From positions 35,257 through 99,256 of the forward strand of contig NW_021832564.1 in assembly GCF_006345805.1 (NCBI RefSeq): a stretch of 64,000 nt of DNA, written 5' to 3'. Below are positions 37,721 to 48,849 of this stretch, in pieces. A program made the position numbers and the translations under genes. The stretch comes from Octopus sinensis. Its lineage: Eukaryota. The notes under the pieces are model-generated. The model searched no databases. It saw only the letters and a program-made list of their open reading frames with translations, and was not told where the DNA came from. The first letter of the stretch is position 1, and each line of letters starts with the position of its first letter.

Positions 37721-40700
37721 ATGTCCGGAGATAAAACTATCAACAAAAACAATACAGACGAATATAGATCTGCTAGTCTTAAGAAGCGGCGCTATGAGCA
37801 ATGCTTACATGTAGTGAACCCTAAACTGACAGATCCATCTCCTAATATAAGAATGGATGCTCGTCATGCTTCAAGGTCAACAAATCAAACAATAAACCGC
37901 ATTGGTCATTGCGCGGATTACAAAAGACCACGTACCCGAAAATTGAACCAATCCTGATTGAAAAATCAGTTACTGGATCAAATCTTCCCAACACACAGGA
38001 GCTGGACGAACCCCACAACCGGAATATTCCAACAGATGGCCCATCCATGCTCATCACCAAATAATCAAAAGAAAAAGAAGGAAAAATGGTCTAGGGAAGA
38101 TAATAAAGAAGTTCTTGAGGCCTTCTACCATGCCATATATTTCCCCACAGATAAGTCTAGCACTGTACAAGCATACTTAAAACTGGAGACAGAAACACCC
38201 CTGAAGTAAGACCCTACATAGACAGTAACAATCTTGCCAATGTTAGAAGAAACATTATAAAAAAGAAATTACTGACTGAAGTAGAGATTGATCAGGTTAG
38301 ACAAGCAATATCGGATAAAATGAACGAAGCTGCAGCTAGAGAAGATAATACAGAGGAAATGATTAAGACCAGCCCAGGGCGGATAAAAACGAAGAGAGGA
38401 TGAAAGAGTTAGTATAAGTGATAGGCAAAGTGAAATACGCCCTAAACCTATCAATAAACACTAAGACAGATGAGCATCAATAGAAAGAAAGTCACACAAA
38501 TGACCCAACAGAACTACATGAGCTAAAAAATCAAATCACATGATTGAATGGCTGAAATTAAAGAAACCAGCATGGATGAGCGTGATACACTTCCTAAAAT
38601 CCGCAACTCTAACCAAAACATGAAAATAATTGGTAAATCCGGCTTGCACTTAGGATATAATTTCAGTTAATGATGTTGATATCACAACCCTCAACCACTA
38701 TACTATGCATCCGCGAAAATCTCAACGATCCTTAGTTGTAAATTAGAAAACGGCAACAGTCCCCAAAAGCCTTCTTGGCAAGAGCGTCTGCAACAACAAA
38801 TAAAGTATTTAGATCTGACTGACATTGAATTTTGAAAACCTTAAGCTCACAAGACTACCAAACCTACAAAAACCCAAAAATACTGAAAAATACAATATGA
38901 AAACTATACTTGATATTGATGCCACCATAGAAACCATCAAACAAAAGTTATCTGCCAAAGCTACCCGCATAGCGAGGTATGAAAAGCGTGTTAGATTTTT
39001 CAAGGACAACAACATGTTCAAAAATAACACCAAGAATTTTACAGGAAGATAGGAAAAACTCTTTACTGCAGGGTCTGTACCATCAAAAGAAGAAGTGCAG
39101 AGATTTGGAATAAAATCTGGGCAGAAAGAAAAAACACACAACGAAAAGGCCCCCTGGATTGACAGAATATCTACAGAACTGGACCCCTTAGAAGAGCAAA
39201 AGGGGAGGGTGTCAAGGTAGAAGATATAAGATCTGCTCTCAGGAGGTCAAGCAAATGGAAGTCTCCAGGAAAGGATAAAATTCCTAACTTCTGGCTGAAT
39301 GCCTTCCCAGAGAGCCATGAACTGCTAACAGAACTGTACAATGATGTTTTGCAACACCCCTAGTAGGATGCCTCCTTGGCTAGTTAATGGGTTAACATTC
39401 CTGCTTCCAAAAAGTGAAGAAACAAATGAACAAAAAACTATAGACCCATAACCGCTTAACAACTATGTACAAAACACTAACATCTGTCCTGACGGAATAT
39501 ACCTATAGTTTTTTAACAGACAGCAGCATATTCCCTAATGAACAGAAAGGATGTAAACGTGGATCCTACGGCTGTAAAGACCACTACTCATCAATAAGAT
39601 GATCTTAGAAAGATTGTCACAAACGACACAAAAACTATCAATAGCCTGGATAGACTATAAAAGGCTTTTGATAGCCTACCACATAGCTGGATTAGGAAAT
39701 GCCTTGAAATGTATAAGATAGCACCAACTCTGCGAAACTTATTGACTGTAAGTATGAGATCATGGAGAACCACACTAACTCTGAACAGTGACAGTGAATC
39801 CCTAAATGCTGGTGATTGTAAAATTTCGTGTGGCATTTCCAGGGTGACTCACTGTCACCACTCCTCTTTTGTTTATCCTTAATACCTCTCTCAAATCTGC
39901 TCATACGCGCAGTACGGGTATAAAATGTTTGATAAAAATATAAATCATCTCGTTTACATGGATGATTAAAGCTTTTGCAAAAAATGATCAACAACTCAAG
40001 GGCTTACTAGCGATAGTCAACATTCAGTGACGACATCAGAATGCAATTCGGCCTCGATAATGTGCAAAGGCTACCTTTATCAAAGAAAAATGACAGAAAC
40101 ATCTAACGTTAACCTTGACCAACAGAATGTCATAAAAGAACTAGACCCAGCGGAGAGCTACAAGTACCTAGGGGTATTGAAGGGAACGGAAAAGGCATTC
40201 AGAGATGAGGAAAGGATCAGGAGAGAATGCTATCGAAGAGTGAGAGCAATACTCAAGACAGAGCTGAATGCAAGAAACAGGATCGACAGCAATCATGCAT
40301 TAGCTATACCATCGTGACTTACAGTTTCAATATTGTTAACTGGTCAATTAACTGAAATATGTCAGCTCGACAGAAAAATAGGAAACTGTTGACAATGCAT
40401 AGAATGCACCCCCTAAGGCAGATACAGAACGACTCTATCTGCCAAGAAAAGAGGGAGGCCGTGGTCTTTTGCAACTGGCAATAACATGAAGATTGCTACA
40501 ATTGGCCTAGACACCTACCTGAAAAACTCTGAGACTGGATGTTAAAACTTGTCTCAAAACATAAAACAGAAAGCATCATACTCAGTCACAAAACAGGCAA
40601 AGGAATATGTAAGTGAATTCCGAATACACCAATTTCGGAATTAGAGATAGACATACAAGAAACAAGCACAGAAAAAGCTAGGCGCATGAAAACCCGTGCC

Positions 40701-41715
40701 AAAACTGCGGCCTTAGATATTCTGAATAATAAATGGCAAGAAAAACCTCTCTATGGCAATACCCAAAGAGAGCGAATAATGCAGATATCGCCAAAGCCCT
40801 GACCCATCAATGGCAATGGCCTCTGGCTTAAATCTGAAACAGAGGGTTTATCATAGCAGCTCAAGATCAATGCCTACCAACAAGAACTACCAGGCCAACA
40901 TATTAAAGATCAGAAGCAGTCCAACGTTCGTGTATGCAAGCAACAAAATGAAACCATTGACCATGTGGTCTCCAAGTGCAGTCTTCTAGCGCCTACAGAT
41001 CTCTCAACAGGCACGATAGAGCTGCACAATATATTCACTGGTATCTGTAAAAACCTGGATTTGCCCCATGAAAAAAACTGTGGGAACACAACCACCACCC
41101 CAGTGCTTGAAATGACCACATCTCACTCCTCTGGAACTTCACCATTCAAACTGACAGGAAGATAGATGCAAATAGGCCAGACATCATATGAAAGACTTCA
41201 AACAAAGAACATGCCTCCTCATTGATATGACTGTCCCAATCCAATCGAAATAACGTATCTGTCAGGACCTACCAAAAACTGAGCAAATATAAAGATCTTG
41301 AAATAGAAATCAGCAAAATGTGGAAGCTGAAGACTAAAACAATACCTGTTGTCATAGGTGCCCTGGGAATGATAGCAAAAGGGGCTGATAGCTACCTAAC
41401 TCAGATACCAGGAAACCCAAAAATGGCAGAAGTTCAAAAGATAGTGCTCATGGGACTGCTCATATCCTACGCGCAAAATACTCTCTATGTAACCTCAAGG
41501 TTTAAAACAACCATATTTTCGGTTTAAAAAAAAAAAAAAAAAAAAAAAAAACTTTTTTTTTTTAGACATTCATTAGTACAACATCCCCACCCCCCAAATA
41601 TATGGCACACATAGGCATAACAACAACACAGAACTTCCAACCCTGTTGTCTCTTGAGGTCTCTGGGTGAGACTTGGAGCCAACTTGTACAAATATAAAGC
41701 AAAAGTCAAACATAG
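37721..41715 (+). mobile_element. Near full-length R4/Dong-like non-LTR retrotransposon (type 1), single RT-CCHC-REL ORF broken by many frameshifts
   Basis: N-terminal KWSREDNKEVLEAFY; RT motifs WKSPGKDKIPNFWL, YRPI, EQKGCKRGSYGCKD.LLINK, AWIDYKKAFDSLPHSWI, QGDSLSPLLF, YMDD, YKYLGV; CCHC; REL RPDII; 3' end gtcaaacatag followed by (AAT)n. Confidence 0.92.
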
Positions 41716-41716
41716 A

Positions 41717-41751
<35 letters not shown>

Positions 41752-41768
41752 TATAATAATAATAATAA

Positions 41769-41951
41769 CACCAGACTTACAAACACATATAACTACAGAA
41801 AATTGCACTACTAGGCACTGCACACATCCTACGCAGAACACTTTCCATACAATAACCATCAGAGCCACAACCAATCACAGCACAGACCCAAGGCACACAG
41901 AGCTGCGCTCGGTAGTCGAAGTGAAAGCACGCTATAAAAATAAAACTACGG
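41769..41951 (+). mobile_element. R4/Dong-like 3' end (type 5)
   Basis: QKIALLGTAHILRRTLSIQ* plus a distinct 3' UTR; (AAT)n on both flanks. Confidence 0.85.
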
Positions 41952-41988
41952 AATAATAATAATATGATATGATAATGATAATGATATG

Positions 41989-42068
<80 letters not shown>

Positions 42069-42815
42069 GAATTCCTCGCCGTCAGAAACAAATAAAGTGA
42101 CACCTGGTGAAAATATATGTAAATATAGAGTTGGGCGTAAATACAATGAAAATGCATACATGGACAGTATTTCTATATATTTCTATGTGCTTATTTATAC
42201 AACCACACACTAATTCAAACAAAACTACAATATTTTCAATACATAATTTGGAGGGAAAATATTCCTGTCAAACTTTAGATTTCAACAGACGACCTAATTT
42301 AAGAGAGTTTTGAAAAGTTTGAAAGTCAGAAAGTGAAATAAAATAATTACAAGAAAGAATAGCGAACGAAAAAATACAACAAACAAAAACTAAGTAACAA
42401 AAATAAGAACACTGAAAATATAAGCGCGAATTTATTATTTAACAAATGAAAAAAAAAACACAACATAACAAAGCAAAAAAAACATCCAGAAATTTTTACC
42501 AACAAAAAATAAAACGAACCGAAACAACGTAAACAATAATATAAGTAAAAAGTAAAATGAGAAAGATTTTAGGATGGAAAATTGCAAAAATGGACGTCCG
42601 AAACATAACAATAATTTAAGTGTGGAAAATAATAATTAAAATTAATGTATCTTTCTATGGACTAATAAAAGTACTTCCTAGGTATAAAAATTTAAAGGTG
42701 ATGTGATAACAATATTAAAAACCTTACCCTGACAAACTTAATGAAAGCAGCTACGAAAATCAATATCACTAGGTTAAATGAACTAATATATATATATCTT
42801 TACATATATATATAT

Positions 42816-43158
42816 GGTTTCCTTGTCCTGTTATTCTTTATTTGTACTGTTTTTTCTACTGTTTTTTCTTCATTTGTATTGCCTTTACGTCCTGTTCTTG
42901 TCACTTGTTTTACCCCTCTGCAAAAGAATTTTATTTAATTCCTTTTGCAGGAAGGACTGCTTCGGCCTGGCCGTGTTCTGCCCTTACCTTCGAAACACGC
43001 ATTGAGTCGAACCAGGGGCAGCTGATGAAGGGGAATTTTCCTTGTATTGTTTGTCCTGTACTCTGTTTTTTCGTTGTTAAAAAAAGTCCGTTTCCTTGTT
43101 CGATTTTATGTTTTCGTTTCTCGTTGTGTTCTACGTTTATTTGTGGTGTCCTGTACTC
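42816..43158 (+). repeat. (TA)n-flanked non-coding element with a CUGAUGA-containing motif
   Basis: Bounded by (TA)n; contains the hairpin ctgccc..ttcga..tcgaa..ggggcag followed by ctgatgaagg. Confidence 0.45.
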
Positions 43159-43694
43159 ATATATATATATATATATATATATGCATGTATATATACATAT
43201 AGATGTAAGTATGTACATATATGTATGTATATATGCATATGTTTTATTTATTTATTATATTGTTATTATATGACCGAACGCACGCGTTGTTTCTCTTCTC
43301 CAAGTAAGTTTATATTTATATATATCTATATAGATAGATAGATATATATATACACGGTAGCGACAATAGTAACAAAGGAAAGTGAGAACTCCCGTGAAAC
43401 AATATAAAAAAAAAAGAGGAAAATTAAGGAATTAATGTCGTGGTAGATAATGAAACAAGTAAATGAATTAGACCAAGCACAGCTTCTCGAAACGTGATAG
43501 CGAAGAACACTTCAACAGATAACTTCACTACGAAGAATACAGTGTCCCAAAGTGAAGAAGAAACAATATACAGTTGCGTTTCACTTTTACTTTTTAAGCG
43601 AGAGTCAAAAGGGAGCCCAGGGGTTATAAGATTAGCACGTGGTAATAGATTAGCAATTTGGAAATTATCATGAGAAAACAGATTTATTTTTAAA

Positions 43695-44093
43695 CTAGCA
43701 GTATCGCCCGGCGTTGCTCGGGTTTGTAAGGGAAATAACTATATAAGCATTTTTAGAGATGTAAAGTATAATAGCCATCTCAATATGGCTAACCACAAAG
43801 GGGGGGTGTTACTGTAGCTTTTTACGTTCTGAGATTTAATAATGCATTTTTAGAGAGTTATTTCCCTTATATAAACCGAGCGAAAATGCATTAAAAATAC
43901 GGAAAAATTATGGTAAAATTTTTTTAAATCGTTGACTCATCGTAGACGCGCGCTAATACCCAGAAGGGCTCGATATGAATCACGACTATAAGATACCTGG
44001 TTTTGGTTAAACTGCACCGCAAAATGTGGGAGTAGTTAGGAATTTAAATCGTAGGAGACAGACACCACACAACCTCTCTTTTATATATATAGA
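43695..44093 (-). mobile_element. Non-autonomous Helitron (same family as 9387-9778)
   Basis: TC 5' end, identical subterminal hairpin and CTAG 3' end, A/T insertion site. Confidence 0.9.
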
Positions 44094-44196
44094 TATATGT
44101 ACCATCATATTGTTGTAGATTAATGCTTGAAAGAACGTTTTTTCTTTTATATGTTTCTAGGTGGTGAGAAAGTTGAGAACGAAATGGTAGGAATTC

Positions 44197-44808
44197 ATTT
44201 CGAAAATCTGTTCGACAGCAATAATAATTCTCTAAATGAGATATAGACAGTGACTGCTCCATAACATAACTTTGCAAGATAGAGGACGCCGTGATGGCGT
44301 CGGCCTATCTGGTGACGTTGATGTTCGCCTGGGGCTAAATGCAACAGTGACACCCCCACCACCCTGCCCTGTCCCTAGCCATATTCGGTTGGCTAATGTC
44401 CCTTATGTTATGGAGCAATCACTGTCTATATCTCATTTAGAGAATTATTATTGCTGTCGAACAGATTTTCGAAATCAGTAAATGTATTTACTTGAAAATC
44501 TTTATATATATCTTGCACTGTGAGTTGTTCGTCGAGAAGCGGTGCCTACCATACGTTGATAATAGGCAATACACCTTGAAACCTAGGTCCGTGTGTGGCA
44601 TCCGCTTCTTGGGGAATGATCTCCCTTTGCAAGATAGAGGACGCCGTGATGGCGTCGGCCTATCTGGTGACGTTGATGTTCGCCTGGGGCTAAATGCAAC
44701 AGTGACACCCCTACCACCCTGCCCTGTCCCTAGCCATATTCGGTTGGCTAATGTCCCTTATGTTATGGAGCAGTCACTGTCTATATCTCATTTAGAGAAT
44801 TATTATTG

Positions 44809-44810
<2 letters not shown>
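44197..44810. repeat. Inverted (73 bp) plus direct (186 bp) duplication
   Basis: 44197-44269 is the reverse complement of 44403-44475 (1 mismatch); 44270-44455 is repeated at 44625-44810. Confidence 0.92.
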
Positions 44811-44840
<30 letters not shown>

Positions 44841-44845
<5 letters not shown>

Positions 44846-44923
44846 TTAGATAAACTTTCGACCAAATATTGGTCCAGGCCATGTCTAACTTAATAGCACC
44901 ACCTGATAGGATTATTCGAATCC
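44841..44923 (-). mobile_element. 3' terminus of the CR1-clade family at 48850-51416
   Basis: ggattcgaataatcctatcaggtggtgctattaagttagacatggcctggacc..atctaagtt matches about 51325-51410. Confidence 0.9.
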
Positions 44924-45049
44924 TGTTTAAGTCAAGTTTTGTTTATGGTCCATTCAAGTAGTGAGTTCTTGTTGGGTGAGTTGTATCCAATTATGGGTGG
45001 CTTATCTGATATATGTGTGTGTGTGTGTGTGTATGTATGCATGTATTTG

Positions 45050-45870
45050 TGTGTCTCTGTTTGTCCCCCTCCCCCTCCACCACCGTCGCTTGACAACCTA
45101 TATTGATGTTCCCGTAGCTTAGCGGTTCGGTAAAAAGGGAACGGTAGAATAAATACAAGGCTTATAAAGCATAAATCCTGAGGTCGATTTGTTCGACTAA
45201 AGGCGGTGCTCCAGCATGGCCGCAGTCAAATGACTGAAACAAGTAAAAGAGTAAAAGAGTATATATGTATGTGTGTCTGGGTGTATAAAGGCTACCATTA
45301 GTTTCATCATATTAAGTAAAATATCTTAATATCTTAACAATTTTTCAAACTGATTACATGGATGACTGGTGTTTGTCTCCATTTTGGATGAACTATATGT
45401 GTAGGCGCAGCAGTGGCTGTGGGGTAAGTAGCTTGCTTCCCAAACACATGGCTCCGGGTTCAGTCTCACTGCGTGGCACCTTCAGCAAGTGTCTTCTACT
45501 ATAGCCTCGAGCCGACTAAAGCCTCGTGAGTGGATTTGGTAGGCGAAAACTGAAAGAAGCCCGTCGTATATATATATATATATTAATATATACTCTCTTT
45601 TACTTGTTTTAGTCATTTGACTGCGGCCATGCTGGAGCACCGCCTTTAGTCGAGCAAATCGACCCCAGGGCTTATTCCTTGGAAGTCCAGTACTTATTCT
45701 ATCGGTCTCTTTTGCCGAACCAGTGAGTTACGGGGACGTAAACACACCACCATCTGTTGTCAAGTGATGTTGGTGGGGGAGACAAACACAGACACACAAA
45801 CATATACACACATGCATATATATATATACATATATGCGACGAGCTTCTTTCAGTTTCCGTCTACCAAATC
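45050..45870. mobile_element. SINE family A pieces: tail(+) 45050-45262, head(+) 45403-45570, tail/body(-) 45595-45870
   Basis: Module-by-module match to family A. Confidence 0.85.
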
Positions 45871-45936
45871 CAGGTTGTGACAGGAATGTTTCAACTGTCA
45901 TATATATATGCGGCGGCGATGGTTGTTTTGGTGATG

Positions 45937-45952
45937 GTGGTGATAATGGTGT

Positions 45953-45983
<31 letters not shown>

Positions 45984-46093
45984 ATCATCATCATGATTGT
46001 GACGCTAAAGGGGAGAAGGATGGTTACAATCGCTGTAGCTAGCACTACCACCACCACCACTTCCCTCATTAGACCCCCGCCACCAATACCTCA

Positions 46094-46124
<31 letters not shown>

Positions 46125-46129
46125 TATAC

Positions 46130-46206
<77 letters not shown>

Positions 46207-46916
46207 TGACAGATAGTTAAGATGACAAGACGAGGCAAATAGGCAGTCACGCACACGGTGGAACAGGAAGACAAAGGAAGAAAATGAAACAAAGGTGGAC
46301 AGGTAAACGAAAAAAGTCAGGTAGAGAGGGAGAGAGAGTTAAAGAAAGTGAGTGAGAGGGAGGGAGATGATGAAAGAGAGAAGAGAGATAAGGAGAGAGA
46401 GAGAGAGAGAAGGCGATGAATTATTTGTGATCTAACCATGAAGTGTGAGATAAACGTCTTCTGATTGGTGGAAAATTAGGGCTTCTGGAACAATTAAATC
46501 TGATTCGACTGTTTGGAGTGAGTGGGAATGTTGTGGTGGGGAGACATGGGTAGAAAGGCGGGGGGAAGCGGGGTAAGGGTAGGGGCTGTGTTTATTGCCT
46601 AATACAGCGGGTAAAGGGTCGGAGGGTGAAGGGGAGGAGGAGGAATTGTTGTTGCAGTCTCTTTCGATAAGTGCCAACCGCTACGCCACGTTCACGACAA
46701 TTAATGGTGATGATAATGATGATAATGATGATGATGACGATGGTGGTCGTCGTCGTGGTATTGGTGGTAATGGTGGTGGTGATGGTGGTGGTGGTGGTGT
46801 TGGTGGTGGTGGTGGTGATGGTGGTGGTGATGGTGGTGGTGGTGGTGGTGGTGGTGGTGGTAGTGGTGGTGGTGGTGGCGGCGGCGGCGCTTGTGGTGGT
46901 AATGATAATGGTGTCT

Positions 46917-46950
<34 letters not shown>

Positions 46951-46993
46951 GGTGGTAGTGGTGGTGGTAGTGGTGATAATGATGTGTTGATGA

Positions 46994-47027
<34 letters not shown>

Positions 47028-47219
47028 GGTTGTGGTGGTGATGGTGGCGGCGTCGGCGGTTGTGGTGATAATGGTGTGTTGATGATGATGATGATGATGA
47101 TGATCATCATCATCATCATCATTGTGACGGCAAAGGGGAGAAGGGTGGTTACAATCGCTGTAGCTAGCATTACCACCACCACCACCTCCCTCATTAGACC
47201 CCCGCCACCAATACCTCAA
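45937..47219 (+). repeat. About 160-bp direct duplication (45937-46094 / 47062-47219)
   Basis: Shared unique text aaaggggagaagg.tggttacaatcgctgtagctagca..cattagacccccgccaccaatacctcaa. Confidence 0.9.
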
Positions 47220-47634
47220 AAAGTCTACCATCAGCGACAGAGTTGACACAACCCCACCTCCTTACCATCGTGTCCCAGCTTCACCATCACCATAATTGTC
47301 CTCGTAATTATCATCACTCCTACTACTACTACTACCGTTACTACTGCTGTTACTACGCCTACTACTACTTCTACTACTACTATCCTAGTTATCACCACTA
47401 CGACCATTGCAGCCACCAGCGGTACGATCATCATCATCACCATAGAGACCATCGTTGCAGCCATCACTTCGACAATCGCCATTATCATTCGCTTTACGTT
47501 CACCGTTATTGTGGTCTAATGGGGTGGCCTGATGGCTGGGTGGGTGGAGTATCTTCATCAGCATTTGTTGCTGTCGTTATCAACATCGTCACCCGCTTCC
47601 ACCGCCACCACCACCGATACTACTCTCATGACTG

Positions 47635-48420
47635 CTTTTCTGCTCTAGACACAAGGCGCGAAGTTTTAGGAAAGGTGGGGGCAGTCGATTATATCGACCC
47701 TTGTACGCAACTGGTACTTAATTTATCGACCTCGAAAGGATGAAAGGCAAAGTCGACCTCGGCGGAATTTGAATTCAGAACACAGCGGCAGACGAAATAC
47801 CTGTTTCTTTACTACCCACAAGGGGCTAAACACAGAGAGGACAAAGAAGGACAGACAAACGGATTAAGTCGATTACATCGACCCCAGTGCATAACTGGTA
47901 CTTATTTAATCGACCACGAAAGGATGAAAGGCAAAGTCGACCTCGGAGGAATTTGAACTCAGAACGTAGCGGCAGACGAAATACCGCTAAGCATTTCGCC
48001 CGGCGTGCTAACGTTTCTTATTTCTTTATTGCCCTCAAGGGGCTAAACATAGAGGGGATAAACAAGGACAGACAAAGGGATTAAGTCGATTACATCGACC
48101 CCAGTGCGTAACTGGTTCTTAATTTATCGACCTCGAAAGGATGAAAGGCAAAGTCGACCTCGGCGGAATTTGAACTCAGGACGTAACAGCAGACGAAATA
48201 CCTATTTCTTTACTACCCACAAGGGGCAAAACAAAGAGGGGACAAACAAGGACAGACAAACGGATTAAGTCGATTACATGAACCTCAGTGCGTAACTGGT
48301 ACTTATTTAATCAACCCCGAAAGGATGAAAGGCAAAGTTGACCTCGGCGGAATTTGAACTCAGAACGAAATACCGCTCAGCATTTCGCCCGGCGTGCTGA
48401 CGTTTCTGCCAGCTCGCGCC
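47635..48420 (-). mobile_element. Nested/tandem array of four SINE family C copies
   Basis: Junctions at 47801/2, 48018/9 and 48202/3; three tail-type-1 copies and one tail-type-2 copy. Confidence 0.92.
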
Positions 48421-48732
48421 CATATGTTTACTGGCACCATCATGAATTTCGCTAACACCGCAACCACCAACAATAACATCGCCACCACCACCACCACCAC
48501 CAATCTATTTTGAAGTCTCTACGTGGTCACTGGTTTCTGTAAGAAATAGAAGCCACATCTTCAATGCTATCTTAAAACAAGAGAAGAGCGTATTAGATGA
48601 TGTGAACTAAGAAGGGATGATCACATTCAGAATGTCTTTGATCAAATATCGATCTCGAGTTGACCACAATTAATAATATTCTTGGTTAATGTTTACAACT
48701 TGACCCGGAAACGAAAATCAGAAAAAAATAGT

Positions 48733-48845
48733 GCAGTGGCTGTGTAGTAAGTAGCTTGCTTACGAACCACATGGTTCCGGGTTCAGTCCCACTGCGTGAC
48801 ACCTTGGGCAAGTGTCTTCTACTATAGCCTCGGGCCGACCAAAGC
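48733..48845 (+). mobile_element. SINE family A head
   Basis: gtggctgtgtagtaagtagcttgc..ccttgggcaagtgtcttctactatagcc. Confidence 0.85.
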
Positions 48846-48849
48846 ATAC

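Noticed and set aside
46592-47743. Long His/Gly/Thr/Tyr-rich ORFs resembling structural or biomineral proteins
   Set aside because: Composed of (GGT)/(GAT)/(TAC) triplet arrays open in several frames on both strands; no splice or start context
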